A DNA stretch of 64,000 bases from an uncultured Candidatus Binatia bacterium. Lineage in GTDB: Bacteria > Desulfobacterota > Binatia > Bin18. This document shows, piece after piece, positions 19,432 through 28,205 of the stretch. The stretch lies in contig CBDBDK010000002.1 of NCBI GenBank assembly GCA_965203745.1, forward strand, positions 390,009 to 454,008, in the 5' to 3' direction. Each line of letters begins with the position of its first letter. The stretch's first letter is position 1. A program made the translations under genes and the position numbers. The notes below the pieces were generated by a model. It was not told where the DNA came from and did not search any database. It saw only the letters and a program-made list of their open reading frames with translations.

Positions 19432-20590
19432 TCAGTATAGAGCCGCTTCTACTCGTTCCCGCAGGCCGCGCAGCCGACTGACGGGTTCGTTTGAGAAGAC
19501 AAAGCGGACAAAGTTTGCGCTCCGCTCACTGCCCCAGCCCGTCATGGCCGTCGCCGCGATTTTCCCCTTCTCCAACAGGCGCTGAGAGGCCTCCGCACCC
19601 GTCAGGCCGAAACCCGAGACATCCAGCAGCATGGACCAGCCGCCTTGGGGCTTGACGATGGGGAAGCCCTCAAGTTCGTGCAGAATCGTATCTCGCCGGT
19701 GCTGCCATTCCGCGCTGGCCGCGGCAATATCAGTGTCGGGCGCTTGCAGCGCTACGGTTGCCGCGGCCTGAGCGATGCCGACCGGGCAGACCACGTTGGA
19801 GATATTCACCAGACCGATATCATCGATAATGGCGGGCGGGGCAACGATCCAGCCGACCCGCCAGCCTATCATCCGGTATTCCTTGGAGACCGCACCAACC
19901 GTAATGGTCCGCTGGGCCATACCGGGGAGCGCAGGCCGGGTGCGTGGAGTCCAGGCCGTCGAACAGAATGCGTTCCATGGCGCTGTCATACAGCAGCCAC
20001 GCGTCAGCCTCCTGGCAGGCCGCACAGATGCTGTCCCAGTCCTGGCGCGTAAAGACGGCGCCGGTCGGCATGGAAGGGCTCATCATCAGCAGGACTTTTG
20101 TCTTGGCGGTCACGGCCTGCCGTAACCGGTCACGGTCTAAACGCCAGACGCCGTCTTCAATCTGGTACGGCGCAAAAACCGGCACCCCGCCGGCCAGACG
20201 CACACGGTTGACCAGACCAATATAGATCGGGTCGGTGAGGATGACCTCATCTCCGGGCTCAAGCAGAGCCAACAGCACGTTGAGAATGCCGTTCAGGCCG
20301 CCCGCGCTGACAATGGTGGAATTCCGCCAGTCATACTCCACACCCGAGAGGCGACTGACGAGGGCGGCGGCCGCCTGCCGTAGGGCGTCGGCACCCAGAA
20401 ACGGCAGATAGCTGTTGGCGTCGTCTTCGCCTACCGCCTGCCGGGTCGCTTCTTCCACTCCGGGCGGCGGCCGCAGGTCGGTGTCGAGATTCTCCAAACG
20501 CAGTATCGCTCCGTCCTGGGACTGGTCCGCCAGATTACCCATGCGGTCAACCCCAATCCCGGCCATGCCTGACAGACGACTCACTGGCAT
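19432..20590 (-). pseudogene. PLP-dependent class I/II aminotransferase, frameshifted (or sequence error)
   Basis: N-part (..YDSAMERILFDGLDSTHPA) and C-part (LPGMAQRTITVGAVSKEYRMIGWRVG) join if one base is removed at ~19930-19933. Confidence 0.85.
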
Positions 20591-20684
20591 CGTGCCCTCC
20601 TCTCGCAAACGACTATCTGCATAACGCCTTTTCGGCTAGAATGCAGCCCGACCACGCCAGGACGAGGGAGAGAAAGGATACGCC

Positions 20685-21785
20685 ATGAAATTCGGAGGTT
20701 CGCTGATTTGTCAGAACTATTTCCGGTCGCCCCGACCGGACCACGAGATTTACGCCGAAGACCTGGCCCTGGCCGAAATGTACGAAGACCTCGGGTTCGA
20801 TATGGTCTGGTCGGTGGAGCATCATTTCACGGACTACGAACTCATTCCCGACCCGGTGCAGATGCTCAGCTATGTGTGTGGACGGACCAAGAAGATCGGA
20901 CTTGGCACGTTTGTGATCGTGCTGCCCTGGCACGACCCGGTGCGGGTCGCCGAGCAGATTGCCATGCTGGATAATTTTGCGCGCGGACGCGAGCTGCTGC
21001 TGGGCTTCGGGCGCGGCGCCGCCCAGGTGGAGTACGACGGCTTTCGGGTCTCGATGAGCGAGGCGCGCGAGCGCCTGATCGAGAGTATCGAGGTTGTGAA
21101 GTGCGCCCTCGGACAGGATCGTTTTTCCTTTGCCGGCACATATTTCAACATCCCGGAGATGCGCATTCGCCCGCGCCCGGTCAGTTCAGACCTGACCGAG
21201 CGGATGTACGGTGCCATTATCAGCCCTGAGACCGGCGAGATCATGGCGCGGGCCGGCTTGGGCATGCTGATCATTCCCCAGAAGAGTTGGGCCGACCACC
21301 TGAAGGACTATGAGGCATATCAGGCGGCGTGCGCCAGATTCGGCACCGTGGCGCGGCGGCCAATTATTACCGCCTGGATCTACTGCTCCGAGGACGAGTC
21401 TGCCCAGGAAGACGGGCGGAAGTGGATCATGGACTATGCCGACACCGCCGTACAGCATTACGCCTTTGACGAACCCGAGCATTTCCGTGCCGCCAAGGGC
21501 TATGAGGCCTATGTCGAGCTTGCCCAGGCCAGCCAGCAGCAGGCCAACGCCTTTCAGCAGGAGTTCGCCAAAACGCAGGTCTTTGGCACCCCGGAGCAGT
21601 GCGTTGCCGCCATCCGGGAGCTGCGCCAGGCCATGAACCCGAGTCAGTTTGTCGGTGTGTTCAAATACGGCAGCCTGCCCAACGACCTGGCCGTCCGCAG
21701 CACCGAGTTGTTTGCGTCACAGGTGATGCCGATCCTCCGGGCGGATGACGCCACGGCCCAGGAGCAGCCGGCGGCCGCCCTCTGA
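20685..21785 (+). CDS. LLM-class flavin-dependent oxidoreductase
   Basis: WSVEHHF, PWHDPVRVAEQIAMLD, GFGRG, FGTPEQC. Confidence 0.92.
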   Translation: MKFGGSLICQNYFRSPRPDHEIYAEDLALAEMYEDLGFDMVWSVEHHFTDYELIPDPVQMLSYVCGRTKKIGLGTFVIVLPWHDPVRVAEQIAMLDNFARGRELLLGFGRGAAQVEYDGFRVSMSEARERLIESIEVVKCALGQDRFSFAGTYFNIPEMRIRPRPVSSDLTERMYGAIISPETGEIMARAGLGMLIIPQKSWADHLKDYEAYQAACARFGTVARRPIITAWIYCSEDESAQEDGRKWIMDYADTAVQHYAFDEPEHFRAAKGYEAYVELAQASQQQANAFQQEFAKTQVFGTPEQCVAAIRELRQAMNPSQFVGVFKYGSLPNDLAVRSTELFASQVMPILRADDATAQEQPAAAL

Positions 21786-21789
21786 GGCC

Positions 21790-21854
21790 CGGAGTAAGGC
21801 CGTCTCATAGGCTGCGGAGAAGAGGACATTGGCATCGAGAAAGGCACGTTTCAC
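21790..21854 (-). pseudogene. Truncated PIN-domain (VapC-like) toxin remnant
   Basis: GTG start 3 nt after antitoxin stop reads MKRAFLDANVLFSAAY (PIN N-terminal motif), then runs into the antisense strand of the LLM gene and stops after 45 aa. Confidence 0.7.
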
Positions 21855-21857
21855 GAC

Positions 21858-22157
21858 TTAGTCTGTTAAAATCCGGTGACGGGGAATTTTATTTGGATCA
21901 AGACCGAGCTTCCGCACCTCTTGGACCGCCTCTGCATAATCGTCCGCGTCAACCGCGTTTGACAGCAGGAATTCTGCTCTGCGCTCTGGAGTATAAATCT
22001 CGACGGGAGTAACGACGGCAGGACGAATAAGAATCCCCTTGGCACACTCCTCAGCAATCACAGAGGAACCTTCTTCGATCCCAAAACGATGCCGGAGACG
22101 GGCTGGCAGGACGACTGTCCCCCGCTTTCCGACTCTGCTGGTTTCAGTAGTTCCCAC
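21858..22157 (-). CDS. AbrB/MazE/SpoVT-family antitoxin
   Basis: SRVGKRGTVVLPARLRHRFGIEEG..GILIRP. Confidence 0.88.
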   Translation of the reverse strand: MGTTETSRVGKRGTVVLPARLRHRFGIEEGSSVIAEECAKGILIRPAVVTPVEIYTPERRAEFLLSNAVDADDYAEAVQEVRKLGLDPNKIPRHRILTD

Positions 22158-22230
22158 GATTTTGCCTGATATTCAGCCTTTCAGGCATTCTACGTTTTCC
22201 CAAAAGGCATAACAAGCGAAAAAGCTGAGC

Positions 22231-24099
22231 CTAGCATTGAGGCGGGTCTGATGCATAACAGTTTATACGCCCGATTGGATATAGGCCGGTAATCACGAAG
22301 TTCTGTAAGGGTTGGGACCATTGCAGTCTGGGGCTCAAACCCTCGGTAGGGAAATCCCACAGATAGTACGCCCGGAAATTCGGCGGACCGTAATAGCCCG
22401 CCCCAAAAATCAATCCGTCGTGGCGGATGACCCAACTGTGCTTGGGCTCTTCTACCCCGCCGGCCGCCGGGTTGGGCCACAGGTAATGGACCCAGTGGCC
22501 GGCCTCGGTCGCCGTGGCAATCGCCTTGCCGATTTCAGAGCCGTCCGAGCCCACAATGGTTTTGCCATCCTGCCCGATCAGGTCGGGCCTGACCGGATGC
22601 GCGAGGAAGAGATCGTGCTCGTCGAGGATGAACACATACCACTCTCCCTCCCACTCTTCCTCAATGCTCGCCTGGCTGTTGTAGTGGGCGACCGTCGCCT
22701 CACGCCCCTCACGGTCGTAGCGGTCCAGTGCGGCTTGTACGAACTTCTGTGTAAAGGTCGCTTTTTCCTCATCCCCCAGCATGTCCTCCCCGAAGGTGGT
22801 GACGGTGACAGAAGATCGTGCGAAGGGAACACCGTCAGCGAGAGCCAGGACGTTATGAGCCCCATCCCCGAGGTTATTCCAGTTCCACAGCAGGCTGAAG
22901 CCGTTATCCGTATCCCCGCAGACCTCTGCGGTATCCTCCCGAACGGTACCGTAGGCGGCGGTGAGCGGCTCCCCGTTGATTTCAATGACAATTTCCTCCA
23001 CGTCACACGCCCAGCCGGAGATTGCAGATATTCCGCTACGGAACGACTGCGGAGTTGGATTCTCCAAGACAGCAGCGATACCAGGGCACCGAGAGGCACC
23101 GAAGTGATAGTAGGGGCAGAAGCGGTACGCGGAGTCAACAAGATGAAATCGGCAGACAGGAGTCGTCGCCTCATAATAGCCCGACACGAAAATGAGCCCG
23201 TCGTGGCGGATCGCCCAACTCCGCTTGGGCTCTTCTTCCGGGCACGTTACATCGCGGGGGGTTGGGTCTGATGCAGAAGGGCCCCGGGGGTGGGGCCATG
23301 AGTAATGAATCCAGTGGCCGGCCTCGGTTGCCGTGGCAATCTCCTTGCCGAACTCAGAGCCGTCCGAGTCGACCAGGGTTTTGATATCCTGCCCGATCAA
23401 CTCGGGCCTGAGCCGATATGAGACAATGAGATCGTTCTCGTCGATGATGAACATATCCCACGGCCCATAAACGTCCACCGTCTCCCTCAACGGATTGTCA
23501 GAGTCAGTCTGCGACCGGTCATTATAGTAGGCCAGCGTTGCCTCAAGCCCGTCCCGGTCGTAGCGATCCAGCGCGGCTTGTACAAGGTCCTGGGTGAAGG
23601 CTGCTGGATTACCCTGAATCACGAAGTTCTGAAGCGATGGGTACCAGCGGACCCAGGTCTCCTCGCCGGTAGTTGGGAAATCGTCGAGGATATGAACACG
23701 TGAACCCTGAGCCTCGCGCAGAAACGGCGTGCCAAAGGTGGTCACGGTAACCGTGGCCGTCCCGAACTCTACCCCATCAGACAAGGCCCGGACCGTATGC
23801 GCTCCATCTCCATTGTTGCTCCAGTTCCACAGCAAGCTGAAGCCGTTATCGGTATCACCACACATCTCCTGGGTGTCCTCGCGCGGCGTGCCGTAGGCCG
23901 CATTGAAGGACATATCGTCAATCTCGATAATAATATTCTCGGCGTCACAGGCCCACCCGGAGATCACCGAGACGCCGCTTTGGTACGAATCGGGCGCGGG
24001 GTTTTCCAACATCGCCCTGCCGTTCCCGGTCTGAGCAGAGGCTACTCCGCTCCACAGCAGCACACACAACGCAACCGCCGTCAATATGCTTTTCTTCAT
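22231..24099 (-). CDS. Secreted protein with two LENP/SGWAC beta-rich domains and two Cache-like domains (copy A)
   Basis: Signal peptide ASA/Q; LENP..SGxSxISGWAC twice; FIxDE..HP..GHWxHYxWPxP..PKxSWxIRHDGLIFxSGYY twice. Confidence 0.8.
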   Translation of the reverse strand: MKKSILTAVALCVLLWSGVASAQTGNGRAMLENPAPDSYQSGVSVISGWACDAENIIIEIDDMSFNAAYGTPREDTQEMCGDTDNGFSLLWNWSNNGDGAHTVRALSDGVEFGTATVTVTTFGTPFLREAQGSRVHILDDFPTTGEETWVRWYPSLQNFVIQGNPAAFTQDLVQAALDRYDRDGLEATLAYYNDRSQTDSDNPLRETVDVYGPWDMFIIDENDLIVSYRLRPELIGQDIKTLVDSDGSEFGKEIATATEAGHWIHYSWPHPRGPSASDPTPRDVTCPEEEPKRSWAIRHDGLIFVSGYYEATTPVCRFHLVDSAYRFCPYYHFGASRCPGIAAVLENPTPQSFRSGISAISGWACDVEEIVIEINGEPLTAAYGTVREDTAEVCGDTDNGFSLLWNWNNLGDGAHNVLALADGVPFARSSVTVTTFGEDMLGDEEKATFTQKFVQAALDRYDREGREATVAHYNSQASIEEEWEGEWYVFILDEHDLFLAHPVRPDLIGQDGKTIVGSDGSEIGKAIATATEAGHWVHYLWPNPAAGGVEEPKHSWVIRHDGLIFGAGYYGPPNFRAYYLWDFPTEGLSPRLQWSQPLQNFVITGLYPIGRINCYASDPPQC

Positions 24100-24127
24100 T
24101 TTTGCATTCTCTCAGACCGGCTAGGAA

Positions 24128-25933
24128 TTACGGTAATGATGAGGATAGGGAAATACGTTGCGGCGTCACGCCGGTAATCACAAAGTTCTGCAAGGGTTGA
24201 GACCATTGCACCGTGAGCTTCGATCCCTCGGTAGGAAAGTCCACCAGTTCGTATTCCTGGAAATTAGGCGGGCCGTAATGCCCCGACCCAAAAATCAATC
24301 CGTCGTGGCGGATAACCCACGTATGCTTGGGCTCTTCTTTCCCGTCCGCTACGGGGTGGGGCCACAGGTAATGAATCCAGTGGCCGGCCTCGGTTGCCGT
24401 GGCAATCTCCTTGCCTAGTTCATAGCCGTCCGAGCCGACAATAGTTTTGACATCCCGACCTATCAGTTCAGGCATGACCGGATGCGAGACGAAGAGATCG
24501 TGTTCATCAATGATGAACACATACCACTCCCTATCGACGCTCGCCGAGCTGTTGTGGTAGGCGACCGTTGCCTCACGTCCGTCCCGGTCGTAGAGGTCCA
24601 GCGCAGCTTGCACGAAGTCGCGGGTAAAGGTCGCTTTTTCCTCATCCCCCAGCATGTCATCTCCGAAGGTGGTGACGATGACAGGAGACCACGCGAAGGG
24701 AACGCCATCAATGCGAGCCCGTACGGTATGGACCCCGGCTCCGAGGTTGTTCCAGTTCCATAGCAGACTGAAGCCGTTATCCGTATCCCCGCAGACCTCC
24801 GCGGTATCCTCCCGAATGGTGCCGTAGGCGGCTGTCAGAGGTTCCCCGTTGATTTCAATGACAATTTCCTCCGCGTCACACGCCCAGCCAGAAATTGCGG
24901 ATATCCCGCTGCGAATCGAATCCGGAGTCGGATTCTCCAGGATGGCAGCGATATCAGGAACCCGAGAGTGACCGAGCGGGAAGTATCCGCAGGATGACCC
25001 AAGGCCGTGGGGAAATGTACCACGACGGGCCTTAACCCGTTCATAGTATCCCGATCCAAAAATGAGCCCGTCGTGGCGGATGACCCAACTATGCTTGAGC
25101 TGCTCTTTTTCTTCCCACTCGCACGCTGCGGGGTTGGGCCACAGATAATGAATCCAGTGCCCGGCCTCGGTCGCCCTGGCAATCTCCTTGCCGAACTCAT
25201 AGCCCTCAGAGTCGATGATGGTTTTGATATCCCGACCCATCAACTCAGGCATGACCGGATACGAGACAATAAGATTATCCTCGTCAATGATGAACAGATA
25301 CCACTGCCTATAAACGCCCGGCAACGGGCTGTTAGAGTATATGTTCTCCCGGTCGTTGTAGTAGGCCAGCGTTGCCTCGCGACCGTCCCGACCGTAGCGG
25401 TCCAGTGCGGCCTGCACGAACCCCCGAGTGAAGGCTGCCGGACTATCTCGAATCACGAAGTTCTGAAGGGAGGGGGACCAGTGGATCCGAGTCTCTTCTC
25501 CGGTAGTCGGAAAATCTTCAAGAATATGAACACGCGAACCCTGAGCCCCACGTAGAAACATCGTGCCAAAGGTGGTCACAGTGACAGTGACCGTCCCGAA
25601 CTCCACTCCATCAGACAAGGCCCGGACCATGTGCTCTCCGTCACCACTGTTGCTCCAGTTCCACAGCAAGCTGAAGCCGTTATCGGTATCACCACACATC
25701 TCCTGGGTGTCCTCGCGCAGAGTGCCGTAGGCCGCAAGGAAAGGCTTACTATCAATCTCGATCACAATATTTTCTGCCTCACAGGCCCACCCGGAGATCA
25801 CGGACACTCCGCTCTGGTACGAATCGGGCGCGGGGTTTTCCAACATCGCCATGCCGTTCCCAGTCTGAGCAAAGGCCAACCCACTCCACAGTGTCACCCA
25901 CAACACAACAGCCGTCATTATTCTTTTCTTCAT
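24128..25933 (-). CDS. Secreted LENP/Cache-like domain protein (copy B)
   Basis: Same architecture as copy A, high DNA similarity. Confidence 0.8.
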   Translation of the reverse strand: MKKRIMTAVVLWVTLWSGLAFAQTGNGMAMLENPAPDSYQSGVSVISGWACEAENIVIEIDSKPFLAAYGTLREDTQEMCGDTDNGFSLLWNWSNSGDGEHMVRALSDGVEFGTVTVTVTTFGTMFLRGAQGSRVHILEDFPTTGEETRIHWSPSLQNFVIRDSPAAFTRGFVQAALDRYGRDGREATLAYYNDRENIYSNSPLPGVYRQWYLFIIDEDNLIVSYPVMPELMGRDIKTIIDSEGYEFGKEIARATEAGHWIHYLWPNPAACEWEEKEQLKHSWVIRHDGLIFGSGYYERVKARRGTFPHGLGSSCGYFPLGHSRVPDIAAILENPTPDSIRSGISAISGWACDAEEIVIEINGEPLTAAYGTIREDTAEVCGDTDNGFSLLWNWNNLGAGVHTVRARIDGVPFAWSPVIVTTFGDDMLGDEEKATFTRDFVQAALDLYDRDGREATVAYHNSSASVDREWYVFIIDEHDLFVSHPVMPELIGRDVKTIVGSDGYELGKEIATATEAGHWIHYLWPHPVADGKEEPKHTWVIRHDGLIFGSGHYGPPNFQEYELVDFPTEGSKLTVQWSQPLQNFVITGVTPQRISLSSSLP

Positions 25934-25991
25934 TTTTGCATTCTCTCAGACCGACTAGGAAATACGGTGATGAGGAGGATAGCGGGACACG

Positions 25992-27812
25992 CTACGGCGT
26001 CACGCCGGTAATCGCAAAGTTCTGCAAAGACTGGGACCATTGCACCGTGAGCTTCGAGCCCTCGGCAGGAAAGTCCGCCAGTTCGTATTTCTGAAAATTT
26101 GGCGGGCCGTAATATCCTGACCCGAAAATCAATCCATCGTGACGAATGACCCAACTATGCTTAGGCTCTTCTACCCCGCCGGCCGCCGGGTTGGGCCACA
26201 GGTAATGGACCCAGTGCCCGACCCCGGTTGCCGTGGCAATCTCCTCGCCCAACTCATAGCCGTCGGAACCGACGATGGTTTTGATATCCCGACCGATCAG
26301 TTCGGGCATGACCGGATGCGCGAGGAAGAGATCGTTCTCGTCGAGGATGAACACATACCACTCTTCCTCCCACTCTTCCTCAACGCTCGCTGGGCTGTTG
26401 TAGTGGGCGACCGTCGCCTCACGCCCCTCACGGTCGTAGCGGTCCAGTGCGGCTTGTACGAAGTCCTGGGTAAAGGTGGCTTTTTCCTCATCCCCAAGCA
26501 TTTCATCCCTGAAGGTAGTGACGGTGACAGAAGATCGCGCGAAGGGAACGCCATCAATAAAAGCCAGGACGTTATGAACCCCATCCCCGAGGGTGTTCCA
26601 GTTCCACAACAGGCTGAAGCCGTTATCCGTATCGCCGCAGACCTCTGCGGTATCCGCCCGAACGGTGCCGTAGGCGGCGGTGAGCGGCTCTCCGTTGATT
26701 TCAATGACAATTTCCTCCGCGTCACATGCCCAGCCGGAGATTACGGAGATACCGCTACGGAACGACTGTGGAGTCGGATTCTCCAGGACGGCAGCGATAC
26801 CGGGGCACCGAGAGACGCCGAATGGACCGTAGGGACAGGAGTAGTCGCCGCCAGGAAAAAAATGATGTCGGCAGACAGGATTCGTCGCCTCATAATAGCC
26901 CGACACGAAAATGAGCCCGTCGTGGCGGATCGCCCAACTCCGCTTGGGCTCTTCTTCCGGGCACGTTACATCGCGGGGGGTTGGGATGCCTAGATCTGCC
27001 GAGGGGCCTTGGGGGTGGGGCCACAGGTGATGAATCCAGTGGCCAGCCTCGGTTGCCGTGGCAATCGCCTTGCCGAACTCATGGCCGTCCGAGCCGATAA
27101 GGGTTTTGATATCCTGCCCGATCAACTCAGACCTGGACGGATGCGCAACAATGAGATCGTTCTCGTCGATGATGAGCATATCCCACGGTCCATAAATGTC
27201 CGATGTCAACGAGCTGTCGGAGGAAAGACTCGTCCAGTCGTTATAGTAGGCCAGCATTGCCTCACGCCCGTCCCGGTCGTAGCGGTCCAGTGCGGCTTGC
27301 ATGAAGTCCTGGGTAAAAGCCGCGGGGTTCCCTTGAATCACAAAGTTCTGCAGCGATGGGTACCAGCGGACCCAGGTCTCCTCGCCGGTGGTTGGGAAAT
27401 CGGCGAGAATATAGGAGCCCTGAGCCTCGCGCAGAAACGGCGTGCCAAAGGTGGTCACGGTAACCGTGGCCGTCCCGAACTCTACCCCATCAGACAAGGC
27501 CCGGACCGTATGCTCTCCATCTCCATTGTTGCTCCAGTTCCACAGCAAGCTGAAGCCGTTATCGGTATCACCGCACATCTCCTGGGTGTCCTCGCGCAGA
27601 GTGCCGTAGGCGGCGGTGAAGGACATCTCGTCAATCTCGATCACAATCTCCTCTGCCTCACAGGCCCACCCGGAGATCACCGAGACGCCGCTTTGGTACG
27701 AATCGGGCGCGGGGTTTTCCAACATCGCCCTGCCGTTCCCGGTCTGAGCAAAGACCACTCCGTTCCACAGGGTCACACACAACGCAACCACCGTCAGCAC
27801 TCTCTGTGTCAT
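25992..27812 (-). CDS. Secreted LENP/Cache-like domain protein (copy C)
   Basis: Same architecture as copies A and B; AAGG RBS. Confidence 0.8.
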   Translation of the reverse strand: MTQRVLTVVALCVTLWNGVVFAQTGNGRAMLENPAPDSYQSGVSVISGWACEAEEIVIEIDEMSFTAAYGTLREDTQEMCGDTDNGFSLLWNWSNNGDGEHTVRALSDGVEFGTATVTVTTFGTPFLREAQGSYILADFPTTGEETWVRWYPSLQNFVIQGNPAAFTQDFMQAALDRYDRDGREAMLAYYNDWTSLSSDSSLTSDIYGPWDMLIIDENDLIVAHPSRSELIGQDIKTLIGSDGHEFGKAIATATEAGHWIHHLWPHPQGPSADLGIPTPRDVTCPEEEPKRSWAIRHDGLIFVSGYYEATNPVCRHHFFPGGDYSCPYGPFGVSRCPGIAAVLENPTPQSFRSGISVISGWACDAEEIVIEINGEPLTAAYGTVRADTAEVCGDTDNGFSLLWNWNTLGDGVHNVLAFIDGVPFARSSVTVTTFRDEMLGDEEKATFTQDFVQAALDRYDREGREATVAHYNSPASVEEEWEEEWYVFILDENDLFLAHPVMPELIGRDIKTIVGSDGYELGEEIATATGVGHWVHYLWPNPAAGGVEEPKHSWVIRHDGLIFGSGYYGPPNFQKYELADFPAEGSKLTVQWSQSLQNFAITGVTP

Positions 27813-27997
27813 CCTTGCCTTCTTTCGAGACTACTGGAAATCAGGTAGTGCCTCCGTTTGAGAACGTGTGGCCGGTCAAAACCGAACCGTCCGCCCTCGC
27901 ACCTCCCCCTCGGTCCTTGCGGGCTTCTCTCGGCTCCCCAGGCACGACGCTGACACGCGTACGGGGAGCGCATGGCCCTTCTTACACGACTGGGGCC

Positions 27998-28031
27998 CGG
28001 CTGTCCCTAGTCATTTGACTAGGGACAGCCG
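27998..28031. promoter_or_regulatory. Perfect 16-bp inverted repeat with 2-nt spacer
   Basis: CGGCTGTCCCTAGTCA-TT-TGACTAGGGACAGCCG; function unknown. Confidence 0.5.
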
Positions 28032-28205
28032 CCCTCGCGCCAGCCCTGTCCCGATCCGCGGCGCTCACGGCGGGCGTGGGGAGTTCTCTTCCCCACCCAA
28101 AGCGCGCGGGGCGGGAAGGGCGGGGCGGACACGGCGGCGAAAGAAATTCAAAGGGAGACACTATCGGAAATCACGGTGAGGAGGAGAAATCACGAGCGGC
28201 CCTCA

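Noticed and set aside
25934-25994. Stop-codon readthrough fusing copy C to copy B
   Set aside because: The 58-nt spacer puts the two genes out of frame.
27850-28200. tRNA, SRP RNA or known riboswitch in the intergenic region
   Set aside because: No cloverleaf/T-loop or recognisable conserved aptamer motif found by eye.
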